Sequence record: SRR20825006_183 | Reading direction: 5' to 3' (one strand) | Length of the DNA: 54,348 nt | Part shown: positions 10,750 through 20,644 of the stretch, one piece after another | Position numbering within the stretch: position 1 is the first letter of the stretch | Layout: each line of letters begins with the position of its first letter | Made by a program: the position numbers and the translations under genes | The notes under the pieces: generated by a model | Database searches by the model: none | The model's input: only the letters and a program-made list of their open reading frames with translations | Told to the model about the DNA's origin: nothing

Positions 10750-11523
10750 ATGATGAAACGTATAAGAATAGTTTTAATAATAATGAGTTTTGTTTCGGGT
10801 TTTACTGCCTTATCGCAAGAGGGGAAAGTCGATTTTAATCGTGTCTCGGAGGAGTTTCTACTGAAAGCAAAAGAAAATCAATCGACTCAGTTGGAGCAAG
10901 ATTTATTGGCAAACACGACAATTGAAACACTGAAAAGTTCTCTTAATACAGACGATAAGCGATTTTCATTTTGGCTAAATGTGTATAACGGATATATTCA
11001 GGTTTTTCTGTCTAAGCATCCTGAGATGTACGAAGATCGGCGTGATTTTTTCTCAAAGGAACAAATTGTTATTGCGGGAAAAAATGTGGCGTTTTCGGAC
11101 ATTGAACATGGCATTATCCGTAAATCACAATGGCCGCTTGGTTTGGGGTACATTCGGAGAATTTTTGTTTCGAAGTTTGAACGTAAATTGAGAGTTGATA
11201 AACGCGATTATCGGGTTCATTTCGCATTGAATTGTGGCGCGAAGGATTGTCCTCCTGTAGCCATTTACACTGCTGAAAGAGTTGATGAACAATTGGCAAA
11301 AGGAACTGCGCAGTACATTCAGAAAACTTCCACTTACAATGCAGAAAAAGGAGATGTTGCAGTAACTTCTCTCTTTAGCTGGTTTCGTGGGGATTTTGGC
11401 TCCAAAAGAGGGGTGAAGAAAATTCTTAAGGAACAAGGCGTAATTCCGTCCACGAAGAAAATTGATCTTGTTTATACGAATTACGACTGGACCTTGAGTC
11501 TTGATAATTGGACCGAACTTTAA
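10750..11523 (+). CDS. DUF547 domain secreted protein
   Basis: FWLNVYN, IEHGIIR, RVHFALNCGAKDCP, WFRGDF, YDWTL motifs. Confidence 0.9.
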   Translation: MMKRIRIVLIIMSFVSGFTALSQEGKVDFNRVSEEFLLKAKENQSTQLEQDLLANTTIETLKSSLNTDDKRFSFWLNVYNGYIQVFLSKHPEMYEDRRDFFSKEQIVIAGKNVAFSDIEHGIIRKSQWPLGLGYIRRIFVSKFERKLRVDKRDYRVHFALNCGAKDCPPVAIYTAERVDEQLAKGTAQYIQKTSTYNAEKGDVAVTSLFSWFRGDFGSKRGVKKILKEQGVIPSTKKIDLVYTNYDWTLSLDNWTEL

Positions 11524-11530
11524 CGCTCGA

Positions 11531-12835
11531 TTACTTGCATCTTGCGAAGCGCATTTTTTTTCCTTTGATCTTTTGATCGCGAACGGTTGAAAGCAAACGT
11601 CCCATTCGATCGCGGTTAATAGCGACATACGAACGGTGATCTTTTACGTGAATCAGACCGATGTCGACCTGCTTCAATCCTCCAATTTTTGAAAGAAATC
11701 CAACAATGTCAATCTTATTGATTTTTTCTTTTTTTCCTCCGCTGATGTACAACGTTTCCCAAAACGGAGCCTCTAACTCATAGTTTGTTTTGGGGATAAA
11801 TTGCTTTTCTGGAAGCTCAATATATTCTGGGAGCTGAGATTCTTCTGACGTAAATAGGTAAGAATTTCCTTCCGCGCCCATTCGTCCAGTTCTTCCTTTA
11901 CGGTGGATGTACGCATCTTCGCTTCCAGGATATTGGTAGTGAATAATGTGTTTCACATCTGGAATATCCAATCCGCGTGAACCCAAATCTGTGCAAACAA
12001 GCACATTTGCCGTTCCATTGGTAAATTTGATCAACGCTCGTTCTCTATCTTCTTGTTCGAGCCCGCCGTGGTAACTTACATTATGAATTCCTAAGTCCCA
12101 CAGTCGGTCGCTAAGGTCATCGGAAACTTCACGGTAGTTCACAAAAACAACTGATTTTTCTTTTCCAAATGAACCAATTGTACTTCCAAGTGTTTGAAAA
12201 ATGTCTTTTTTCACATGCACAGCCCATTCGGTAATCGAAATCGCTTCAACAACCTTTCCTTTCACAGAAAGCGGACTTCCCATTTTTAGGTATGCTGGAA
12301 TTTCATCCATTTCTGTTGCCGACGTGAGTAATTTCTGTTGAAGTCCAGACAAATTTTTCAAGATTTCACTCATCTCTTCCGAGAATCCGAGCTCAAGACA
12401 TTTATCAAATTCGTCGATCACGAGCATTTCAGTCTCACGGAGATCGACATTTCTTCTGTGTAAATGATCGAGAAGTCTTCCTGGAGTTCCAACTACGACA
12501 AGCGGATTTTCAGCGAGACTATTTTTTTCATCTCCCATTTTATGTCCGCCATAACAAGTACTCACTTTAATTCCAGATTTCATTGAGCGAAAAACGGAAT
12601 CAATTTGAATACATAATTCCCGCGTCGGCGCAATAATTATTGCCTGAACGTGATCGGCATTTGGATCGATCTTCGAAAGAATGGAAAGTAAGAATGCCAA
12701 TGTTTTTCCCGAACCTGTCGCGGATTGTAAAATGACCTCGTTGTGTGAGTCGAACGCCAAAATAGTTTCCTCTTGAATGGGAAGTAATTCTTTGTGTCCA
12801 GCCGATAAAAGTGCTTCTTGAATGTATTTTTTCAT
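11531..12835 (-). CDS. dbpA: DEAD-box RNA helicase DbpA
   Basis: TGSGKT, PTREL, GTPGR, DEFD, SAT, RGLD, HRKGRTGR; C-terminal DbpA RNA-binding domain (GGKKEKINKIDIVG). Confidence 0.88.
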   Translation of the reverse strand: MKKYIQEALLSAGHKELLPIQEETILAFDSHNEVILQSATGSGKTLAFLLSILSKIDPNADHVQAIIIAPTRELCIQIDSVFRSMKSGIKVSTCYGGHKMGDEKNSLAENPLVVVGTPGRLLDHLHRRNVDLRETEMLVIDEFDKCLELGFSEEMSEILKNLSGLQQKLLTSATEMDEIPAYLKMGSPLSVKGKVVEAISITEWAVHVKKDIFQTLGSTIGSFGKEKSVVFVNYREVSDDLSDRLWDLGIHNVSYHGGLEQEDRERALIKFTNGTANVLVCTDLGSRGLDIPDVKHIIHYQYPGSEDAYIHRKGRTGRMGAEGNSYLFTSEESQLPEYIELPEKQFIPKTNYELEAPFWETLYISGGKKEKINKIDIVGFLSKIGGLKQVDIGLIHVKDHRSYVAINRDRMGRLLSTVRDQKIKGKKMRFARCK

Positions 12836-12842
12836 TAGTTAA

Positions 12843-14018
12843 TTAAATCATTTCGATAACGCCGGCAGCACCTTGTCCAGTTCCTACGCACATTGTAACA
12901 ACGCCATATTTCTGATTTCGTCGTTTCAATTCGTTCATAATTTGAACAGATAATTTCGCTCCTGTACATCCAAGTGGGTGTCCAAGTGCAATTGCACCAC
13001 CGTTTACGTTCACAATATCGGGATTTAATCCAGCTTCGCGAATTACTGCCAAAGATTGAGATGCAAAAGCTTCGTTTAATTCGTACAATGAAATATCATT
13101 TTGCTTCAACCCAGCAGCGGCAATGGCTTTTGGAATAGCCTCAATTGGTCCGATTCCCATGATTCTAGGTTCAACTCCAACAACGCTGTATGACGCGAGT
13201 CGTGCAACAGGTTCAAGATTGAGTTCTTTCACCATTTCTTCTGACATCACTAAGCAGAATGCAGCACCATCTGAAGTTTGAGAAGAGTTTCCAGCAGTTA
13301 CCGATCCACCATTTGCGAAAACAGGGCGTAAACGAGCTAATCCTTCAATGTTACTTGGTCGTGGTCCTTCATCTGTATCAACGATGTACGATTCTACTTG
13401 ACGTTTTTCGTTGGCATCCAAAAAGATTCGCTCCACATTAATTGGCACGATATCATCCTTAAAACGTCCTGCTTGAATTGCGGCGATTGCTTTTTCATGC
13501 GATTTCACGGCAAATATATCTTGTTCTTCGCGAGATACACCGTATTGTTTTGCTACAGCTTCAGCCGTTAATCCCATTCCCCAATACCAATTCGGATGTT
13601 CTTTCCCAACTTTTGGATTTGGAACAATTCTCCAACCTCCCATTGCCATTACAGACATTGATTCAACGCCTCCAGCAATAATACAATTCGCCATTCCAGC
13701 TTCAATCTTTGCTGTCGCAATCGCTATCGTTTCCAGTCCTGAAGAACAATACCTGTTCACTGTCATCCCTGGAACTTTGTCCGTGTTTAATCCCATCAAT
13801 GAGATCATCCTCCCGACATTTAGTCCCTGCTCGGCCTCTGGGGTCGCATTCCCAACAATTACGTCGTCAATACGGTCTTTGTCCAATTGCGGAACTTCGT
13901 TCATTATATGTTTAATCACGTCCGCTGCTAAATCGTCTGGGCGATAAAAACGGAATCCGCCTTTGCCAGCCTTGCCGACTGCGGTTCTATATCCTGTTAC
14001 TATGTATGCTCTTTTCAT
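12843..14018 (-). CDS. fadA: Acetyl-CoA C-acyltransferase (3-ketoacyl-CoA thiolase)
   Basis: [28 protein letters not shown] motifs. Confidence 0.95.
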   Translation of the reverse strand: MKRAYIVTGYRTAVGKAGKGGFRFYRPDDLAADVIKHIMNEVPQLDKDRIDDVIVGNATPEAEQGLNVGRMISLMGLNTDKVPGMTVNRYCSSGLETIAIATAKIEAGMANCIIAGGVESMSVMAMGGWRIVPNPKVGKEHPNWYWGMGLTAEAVAKQYGVSREEQDIFAVKSHEKAIAAIQAGRFKDDIVPINVERIFLDANEKRQVESYIVDTDEGPRPSNIEGLARLRPVFANGGSVTAGNSSQTSDGAAFCLVMSEEMVKELNLEPVARLASYSVVGVEPRIMGIGPIEAIPKAIAAAGLKQNDISLYELNEAFASQSLAVIREAGLNPDIVNVNGGAIALGHPLGCTGAKLSVQIMNELKRRNQKYGVVTMCVGTGQGAAGVIEMI

Positions 14019-14032
14019 TTTCTTTTTTTTTA

Positions 14033-14072
14033 TTCAGATTTTCGGACTAAAGGATTTCAAGATAATAAGACT
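14033..14072 (+). repeat. Five degenerate 8-bp tandem units (nnnRGAYW) downstream of the four-helix-bundle gene
   Basis: ttcagatt ttcggact aaaggatt tcaagata ataagact. Confidence 0.7.
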
Positions 14073-14419
14073 CAATTCTCTAAACTCTTTAAGCTCCTTT
14101 TGAATCCTCCAATCATTTTTTGTAATTGTTCAAGTTCAACTGCGATATTCAAATTGTATAGTTCGCTTATTAAAATCAGTTGTGTTTCGAGTTCATAGGA
14201 AGATGATAATCCAATATTTAAAAAGTAATTGAGTTCCTTATCACCACCTCTTCCAGTTCCTTCTGCAATGTTTGAAGGGATAGAAACCGCACAACGTTGA
14301 ATTTGACTTATCAACCCATATTTTTCATTGTCGGGCATCTTGTATGTCAATGCATAAATAGATTTCACTAGTTGCATGGAATCCTTCCAAATCATTAACT
14401 CTCTAAAGTTATGTTTCAT
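14072..14419 (-). CDS. Four-helix-bundle protein (23S rRNA intervening-sequence protein / TIGR02436 family)
   Basis: EKYGLISQIQRCAVSIPSNIAEG, ELETQL motifs; 115 aa. Confidence 0.93.
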   Translation of the reverse strand: MKHNFRELMIWKDSMQLVKSIYALTYKMPDNEKYGLISQIQRCAVSIPSNIAEGTGRGGDKELNYFLNIGLSSSYELETQLILISELYNLNIAVELEQLQKMIGGFKRSLKSLEN

Positions 14420-14436
14420 CTTGTCTAGCCTTTCTA

Positions 14437-14476
14437 CATCTTAAAATCTTGTAGTCTTAAAGTCTTATCATCTTCT
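14437..14476 (-). repeat. Five 8-bp tandem units in inverted orientation to 14033-14072
   Basis: Minus strand: agaagatg ataagact ttaagact acaagatt ttaagatg. Confidence 0.75.
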
Positions 14477-16882
14477 TTAATTCCTCAAAACCTTCCCTGT
14501 CTTCACAATACTTTCTAATCGTTCTAACGTTTTTCTTTCTTGACACAATTCTACGAATGCTTTGCGTTCCATGTCGAGTAAATATTGTTCAGAAACTACC
14601 GTGTTTTCAGAAAGATCTCCTCCGCAAAGTACGAAACCGAGTTTTTCAGAGATTACGCGGTCGTGTTCCGACATATAATTTCCAGAAAGCATAGAGTTTG
14701 CTCCAACATAAACGATTCCCAGACCTTCTTGACCAACAACCGTAATGTTTTTCTCTCGTTTTGGTGCGATGTAGCCTTCATGAACCATCACTAAACACGC
14801 TTCTTTCGCTCTAGTTAGTAATTGCTCACGACTCACAACGATTTCATCTTGTCCTTCTCGCAAATAACCGAGGTCAAATGCTTCGTATGCAGATGTGGAA
14901 ACTTGCGCTTGACCAACCGTTAAGAAACGCTCGCGCAGTTTATTGATTTTAATATCTCCTGCGCTGAGTTCATCCGATAAACGCTTAGCGAATTCTTTTG
15001 TTCCACCACCGCCAGGGATAAGTCCAACACCAAATTCCACTAAGCCCATATACAATTCTGCATGCGCTACGACTTTATCAGAGTGCATTGCCAATTCACA
15101 ACCTCCTCCGAGAGCCATGTTGTGTGGCGCTGCGATTACAGGAATGTTAGAATAACGCAGACGCATCATCGTGTCTTGAAATGCTTTCACCGCGAAGTTT
15201 AATTCGTCAAAATCTTGTTCAACAGCCATCATGAAAATCATTCCGACGTTTGCTCCAGCCGAGAAGTTTTGACCGTTATTTGAAATGATCAATCCGCTGT
15301 ACGATGTTTCAGCTAAGTCGATCGCTTTATTGATTCCTTCGATAACGCCACCGCCAATGGTGTTCATTTTAGTGTGGAATTCCAAGTTTAAGATTCCGTC
15401 TCCGAGGTCAACGATTGTAGTGTCTGAGTTACCCCAAACTTTATTCTCGTCACGAAGTACATCCAGCAATACAAGTTCTTCCGTTCCTGGAATCGTCTTG
15501 TACGATTTGGAAGGAATATCGTAGAACATTCGTTGTCCTTTTTCTGATTTATAGAACGAAGTAATGCCTGCGTCCTTCATTTCAGAAATCCATTTTGCAG
15601 CAGATTTATTGTTGTCAGCGATTAGCTTTAATCCTTGGTCAAATCCAACAGCATCCCATGTTTCAAATGGACCTAGTTCCCAACCGAAACCAGCCTTCAA
15701 CGCATCGTCGATTTTATAGAGATCTTCCGTGATTTCAGGAATTCTATTGGATACGTACGCGAATAATCCTCCAAATATTTTTCGGTAGAATTCTCCTGCT
15801 TTGTCCATTCCCATGAGCAACATTTTTGTTCGCTGCTTAAGATCGTCAATCGACTTAGCCATTTCTAGCGTTGGGAATTTCACTCGCTCCGAAGTCGTAT
15901 ACTCTAATGTGTTAAGATCAAGTGAGAGAATTTCACTTTTTCCATCATCGGATTTTACCTTTTTGTAGAAACCTTGGTTGGTTTTAGATCCAAGCCAATT
16001 GTTTTCCACCATTTTAGAGATGTACTCAGGAAGTTCGAATAACGCTTTTTCTTCATCATTCGGACAATTTGCTTTTAATCCATTCGCTACATGAACAAGC
16101 GTGTCCAATCCAACAACGTCGCAGGTTCTGAATGTTGCGGATTTTGCACGACCTATAACCGGACCAGAAAGTTTATCAACTTCTGCTACTGTCAAATTCA
16201 TTTCGCCAACAGCGTGAAAAAGAGACATAATCGAATACACTCCAACGCGATTTGCTATAAATGCAGGTGTGTCTTTACACAAGACAGTCTTTTTTCCGAG
16301 GTAACGTTGTCCGTAATCCATTAAGAAATCAATCACAGCAGGATCTGTTTCCGGCGTTGGGATGATCTCTAACAATTGCAAGTAACGCGGTGGATTGAAA
16401 AAGTGGGTTCCACAAAAGTGTTTTTTGAAATCCTCACTTCTTCCTTCTAGCATCATGTGAATTGGAATTCCAGATGTGTTCGAAGTGATGAGTGTTCCTA
16501 GCGTTCTGTGTTTTTCAACATTGGTGAACACCTGTTGCTTGATATCCAAGCGTTCAATAACCACTTCAATGATCCAATCGCAACCTGCAATTTTTTCCAT
16601 GTCATCGTCAAAGTTCCCAGTTTCAATACGAGAAGCAAACGATTTCCTGTAAATCGGTGAAGGATTTGAGGCAAGGGCAAACTGAAGAGAATCATTAACG
16701 ATTCTGTTCCTGAAGGCCGTTGATTCAGGTAAGATTCCTTTTTTCTTTTCGATTTCATTTAATTCACGCGGAACAATGTCTAACAGGACAACTTCGCAGC
16801 CAATATTTGCATAATGACAGGCAATGCGCGAACCCATTACTCCTGATCCAAGGACAGCAATTTTTCGAATATGTCTTTTCAT
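14477..16882 (-). CDS. fadN: 3-hydroxyacyl-CoA dehydrogenase / enoyl-CoA hydratase (FadN type)
   Basis: GSGVMG Rossmann motif, SNTSG, HFFNPP, C-terminal crotonase (GGGCE, VEFGVGLIPGGGG); 801 aa. Confidence 0.92.
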   Translation of the reverse strand: MKRHIRKIAVLGSGVMGSRIACHYANIGCEVVLLDIVPRELNEIEKKKGILPESTAFRNRIVNDSLQFALASNPSPIYRKSFASRIETGNFDDDMEKIAGCDWIIEVVIERLDIKQQVFTNVEKHRTLGTLITSNTSGIPIHMMLEGRSEDFKKHFCGTHFFNPPRYLQLLEIIPTPETDPAVIDFLMDYGQRYLGKKTVLCKDTPAFIANRVGVYSIMSLFHAVGEMNLTVAEVDKLSGPVIGRAKSATFRTCDVVGLDTLVHVANGLKANCPNDEEKALFELPEYISKMVENNWLGSKTNQGFYKKVKSDDGKSEILSLDLNTLEYTTSERVKFPTLEMAKSIDDLKQRTKMLLMGMDKAGEFYRKIFGGLFAYVSNRIPEITEDLYKIDDALKAGFGWELGPFETWDAVGFDQGLKLIADNNKSAAKWISEMKDAGITSFYKSEKGQRMFYDIPSKSYKTIPGTEELVLLDVLRDENKVWGNSDTTIVDLGDGILNLEFHTKMNTIGGGVIEGINKAIDLAETSYSGLIISNNGQNFSAGANVGMIFMMAVEQDFDELNFAVKAFQDTMMRLRYSNIPVIAAPHNMALGGGCELAMHSDKVVAHAELYMGLVEFGVGLIPGGGGTKEFAKRLSDELSAGDIKINKLRERFLTVGQAQVSTSAYEAFDLGYLREGQDEIVVSREQLLTRAKEACLVMVHEGYIAPKREKNITVVGQEGLGIVYVGANSMLSGNYMSEHDRVISEKLGFVLCGGDLSENTVVSEQYLLDMERKAFVELCQERKTLERLESIVKTGKVLRN

Positions 16883-16896
16883 TCGTTGAGTTTATT

Positions 16897-17343
16897 TTAA
16901 AGTTTATTTAATTCTAGGTCTACTGTAGCATCGAGCTTTTCAGCGACCTCAAAAAATGTTTTTAGTTTTCCTTTAGGGATGTTACTCGTCAGTTCTTCGT
17001 TGAAGTCAACCACAACTTGCTTAGCAATCTTTCGTTTTTCTACCCCTTCTTGGGTTAAATAAATCAGGACTTTCCGTTTGTCTACCTTGTCGGCAATTCT
17101 GTGGATCAATCCTTTTTCCTCCATTGTTTTCAAAGTCCGAGATAAACTGGTAGGTTCCATTCCCATCTTTGGACCTAATTGCGTACTTGGAGTACCTTCT
17201 TTATCGATATTCAATAAGATAAAACCAACGGAAATAGTAACTCCATACTCGTTCGCCTTTTTATTGTACATCCTAGAGAATTTGTGCCATAAGTGCCTGA
17301 TGGCAAAATCAATCAGATACTCTTTCTTGTTGTCATTTCCCAT
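16897..17343 (-). CDS. MarR-family transcriptional regulator
   Basis: wHTH with SLSRTLKTMEEKGLI and DKRKVLIYLTQEG; first gene of the fad operon. Confidence 0.92.
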   Translation of the reverse strand: MGNDNKKEYLIDFAIRHLWHKFSRMYNKKANEYGVTISVGFILLNIDKEGTPSTQLGPKMGMEPTSLSRTLKTMEEKGLIHRIADKVDKRKVLIYLTQEGVEKRKIAKQVVVDFNEELTSNIPKGKLKTFFEVAEKLDATVDLELNKL

Positions 17344-17376
17344 ACTTCTATTCTAATAGCTTTTAGCGTGTAGCCT

Positions 17377-17416
17377 TAAAAGTACAAAAAAATAGTTTTA
17401 CTATGCAGACATAGTA
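17377..17416 (-). promoter_or_regulatory. Promoter -7-like box (TACTTTTA) plus palindromic operator TACTATGCAGACATAGTA
   Basis: 7-bp perfect arms tactatg/catagta at 17399-17416 directly upstream of marR. Confidence 0.7.
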
Positions 17417-17468
17417 TTTTTTATGTAAAAGCGTGAATTGAGAGAATCGAAGGGAATGAAGAGTAAGG

Positions 17469-17873
17469 TTACCAGCTGTTTTGAGAAATGTGAACCGTTC
17501 CTTTGAAATGGGAAACGAGCACTGAATCTTGATTGACGATAGATACATTATAAACGCCAAGTGTTTTGCCGCGCTGTACTTCTTCGGTAGTAACTGTTAA
17601 TTGATCACCCAGTTGAATTGGATGCAAGTGGTAAATTGATGTTTCAATGCTCACACACTTTTTTCCTCGGGTATTTGCTGCAAAGGCGAGTGCTGAGTCC
17701 GAAAGGGAATAACTGATTCCGCCGTGAGCAATTCGGTGTCCATTGAGCATCTCTTCGCGAATTACGCAAGAGATTTGACAAGATCCATTTTCAACGGAGA
17801 TAAGTTCTACGCCAAGCCAACGACTAAAATCATCATTGCCAAGCATGTGCTCAACTATTTCTCGCGGAGTCAC
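17469..17873 (-). CDS. paaI: PaaI-family hotdog acyl-CoA thioesterase
   Basis: MLNGHRIAHGG..SLSDSALAFAAN motif. Confidence 0.85.
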   Translation of the reverse strand: MTPREIVEHMLGNDDFSRWLGVELISVENGSCQISCVIREEMLNGHRIAHGGISYSLSDSALAFAANTRGKKCVSIETSIYHLHPIQLGDQLTVTTEEVQRGKTLGVYNVSIVNQDSVLVSHFKGTVHISQNSW

Positions 17874-18353
17874 TTAGTTTTTGATTGCGCGTCCCATGAG
17901 AGAGATCATGGCCGAAGTAACAATGAAAAGTTGAGTTGCAGTTTCATCTTCCAACGTTGTTCCGTCTTCATCAGCAGTGCTTACTTCAATCATCATGAAG
18001 CGAATTAAGTCTGGTTGGTCAACGAAGTCCAACAATACATCTTCATTCTCATGCTCGAAGTATTCGTCTAAAATTTCGAAAAATGGTTCTTCAAATGCAT
18101 CGATATCTTCCTCAGAAATAACATTAAGCTCAGCTTGTTCTTGTGTAAAAGCTTCTGAAATGAGACAATAGTAATAGATAAGAAGTCCTTCAAGTTGCTC
18201 ATTTTCATATTCAATGGCAGCTGACATAACATATCCCAAAAGGGTTTGTTGTGCTAAAGCATAGGTTTCTGACAAGCGCTCAAGGCTGTCATCATCTAAC
18301 TGATCTACTTTTGTAATTGCTTTTTCGATGCTACTCAAGGAAACCTGTTTCAT
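17874..18353 (-). CDS. Hypothetical acidic helical protein
   Basis: 159 aa ORF abutting paaI. Confidence 0.65.
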   Translation of the reverse strand: MKQVSLSSIEKAITKVDQLDDDSLERLSETYALAQQTLLGYVMSAAIEYENEQLEGLLIYYYCLISEAFTQEQAELNVISEEDIDAFEEPFFEILDEYFEHENEDVLLDFVDQPDLIRFMMIEVSTADEDGTTLEDETATQLFIVTSAMISLMGRAIKN

Positions 18354-18451
18354 AGGACTTTTTTTGGCAAAAGTATACTATTTTTTGATCCCTAAGGTGT
18401 AAATCAAGGGAATTCTAGTGATGAGATGTCCCATGAGTACTATTGATTGTT

Positions 18452-18459
18452 TATCTTTG
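18452..18459 (+). promoter_or_regulatory. Bacteroidota -7 promoter element
   Basis: TATCTTTG matches TAnnTTTG, upstream of ATG 18483. Confidence 0.6.
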
Positions 18460-18482
18460 GTGCTCTCAAAAGTGATTCAACT

Positions 18483-20606
18483 ATGAAAAAAACAATCTTA
18501 TTATTTATCGGATTAGCGCTCAGTTCGATTTCATTTTCACAACAAAAGGAATTAACGCTTGCTGATGCAGTAGTGCGACAATACAGAGATTTTCGCCCGG
18601 CATCACTTGATTTTTTTAGTTGGGTACCGAAAACAGATTGCTATACTTATTTAGACGGGTACACGTCACTGATGAAAGCATCTGTGCGTAATACTGAAGC
18701 GAAAGAATGGTTCACTATTGAGCAGGTAAATGAAAAATTGGGTTCTGAATTTCAGTGGTTTTCTGGACTTTCTTGGAAAAATGAGAATGAGTTTTGGCTA
18801 AATGATGGTCAGAAATTCTATCACTTTAATACCGTAGATGAAAAAGGAAAATTGATTCATAGTTTAAGTGATGATTCTGAAAATGCACTATTCCATGAAG
18901 GAACGGAAAACGTAGCATATACAAGAGGAAACAACGTTTATTTGAATACTGGAAACGGATTCAAGTTAATCGTTACAAACAATGATGATGAAAACATCGT
19001 TTCTGGTCAGGCAATAGCGCGAAGCGAGTTCGGAATCACAGGTGGATTGTTTTGGTCACCAAATGGTGGATCACTCGCGTTTTATCAAAAGGACGAATCG
19101 AAAGTGGCGGATTACCCGTTGTTAGACATTAACACAACGCCGGGAACGCTAAAATCAATTAAATATCCAATGGCTGGACAAACTTCTGAAAAGGCCAAAG
19201 TTGGAATTTACAACATTGAAACGAAGCAAACAGTGTTTATTTCTGCGTTGCATGGTGAAGAGAATTACCTTACGAATCTTTCATGGACGCCAGATAACAA
19301 ATATGTTTTAATCGCTGAGGTGAACAGAGATCAAAATCACATGTGGCTGCATTCATACGATGCAACAACTGGAAAACTGGTTAAGACATTGTTCGAAGAG
19401 AAAAGCGACAAATGGATAGAGCCAGAGCATGCGGCATTCTTCCCAATAGAAACATCGAATAATTTTGTGTGGGTTTCTGAGAGAAATGGATTTAACAACT
19501 TGTATTACTACGATTTCAACGGAACACTCATCAAGCAATTGACAGATCATAAATTCGTAGTTAAAGGGATTTTGGAATACAACAACGGAAATCTGTTTTA
19601 TACAACTACAGGTGAATCACCGCTAGAAACACAGGTTTACTATACAGACCTTAAAGGAAAAAACGGAATTTTAACGCGTGCGAAAGGAACGCATACGGTT
19701 GAAATTTCAACGGATGGAAAATACTTCCACGATCAGTTTTCTAGTCACGACCAACCAAGCGCGGATTGGATCATCAACCTAAAAGGAAAAATCGAACATA
19801 AACTGCTAGAAAGTACGAGCAGCTTAGATGAATATAAAATGGGAACATCTGAACTTTCTACTTTGAAAGCAAATGATGGATCAACGTTGCACACACGTTT
19901 GATTAAACCAAGTAATTTCGATCCAACAAAAAAATATCCTGTACTTATTTATGTATACGGCGGACCGCATGCGCAACTAATCACCGATTCATGGTTGGAC
20001 GGTGCAAGTTTATGGATGTATTGGATGGCTGAACAAGGTTACTTGGTGTACACGGTAGATGGTCGTGGTTCTGCAGAAAGAGGTTTTGCTTTTGAATCAC
20101 AAATTCACAGGCAACTAGGAACGGTAGAAATGGAAGATCAGATGTCGGGTGTGAGTTATTTGAAATCTCTTCCGTATGTGGATGGAAATCGCTTGGCAGT
20201 TCACGGTTGGTCTTTCGGAGGTTTTATGACAACTTCTTTGATGCTTCGTGAGGCAGGAACGTTCAACGTTGGAGTTGCTGGCGGACCAGTAACAGATTGG
20301 AAATATTACGAGATTATGTACGGCGAGCGTTACATGGATCGTCCTGAAGAAAACCCTGAAGGATATGAATTAGCATCTTTAATGACACATGCAGACAAAC
20401 TGGAAGGAGATCTATTGCTGATCCACGGAACGATCGATAATGTGGTTGTAATGCAACATAATTTAGCATTAGTGAAGAAATTTGTAGAACTTGGAATTCA
20501 AATGGATTTCTTCCCATATCCAATGCACGAACACAATGTAAGAGGGAAAGATCGCGTTCATTTAATGGAAAAGGTATTAACCTACGTGATTGAGAATAAT
20601 AAGTAG
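18483..20606 (+). CDS. S9B peptidase (dipeptidyl-peptidase IV / prolyl tripeptidyl peptidase family)
   Basis: DPPIV_N propeller, YGGPHAQ, GWSFGG nucleophile, HGTIDNVV, H; signal peptide from ATG 18483. Confidence 0.93.
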   Translation: MKKTILLFIGLALSSISFSQQKELTLADAVVRQYRDFRPASLDFFSWVPKTDCYTYLDGYTSLMKASVRNTEAKEWFTIEQVNEKLGSEFQWFSGLSWKNENEFWLNDGQKFYHFNTVDEKGKLIHSLSDDSENALFHEGTENVAYTRGNNVYLNTGNGFKLIVTNNDDENIVSGQAIARSEFGITGGLFWSPNGGSLAFYQKDESKVADYPLLDINTTPGTLKSIKYPMAGQTSEKAKVGIYNIETKQTVFISALHGEENYLTNLSWTPDNKYVLIAEVNRDQNHMWLHSYDATTGKLVKTLFEEKSDKWIEPEHAAFFPIETSNNFVWVSERNGFNNLYYYDFNGTLIKQLTDHKFVVKGILEYNNGNLFYTTTGESPLETQVYYTDLKGKNGILTRAKGTHTVEISTDGKYFHDQFSSHDQPSADWIINLKGKIEHKLLESTSSLDEYKMGTSELSTLKANDGSTLHTRLIKPSNFDPTKKYPVLIYVYGGPHAQLITDSWLDGASLWMYWMAEQGYLVYTVDGRGSAERGFAFESQIHRQLGTVEMEDQMSGVSYLKSLPYVDGNRLAVHGWSFGGFMTTSLMLREAGTFNVGVAGGPVTDWKYYEIMYGERYMDRPEENPEGYELASLMTHADKLEGDLLLIHGTIDNVVVMQHNLALVKKFVELGIQMDFFPYPMHEHNVRGKDRVHLMEKVLTYVIENNK

Positions 20607-20644
20607 ATTTAACGATACAAAAGAATATTAAAGTAAAGCATTCA

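Noticed and set aside
11531-12835. DEFD instead of DEAD in the helicase
   Set aside because: A variant I recall as usual in Bacteroidota DbpA proteins; all other motifs are intact.
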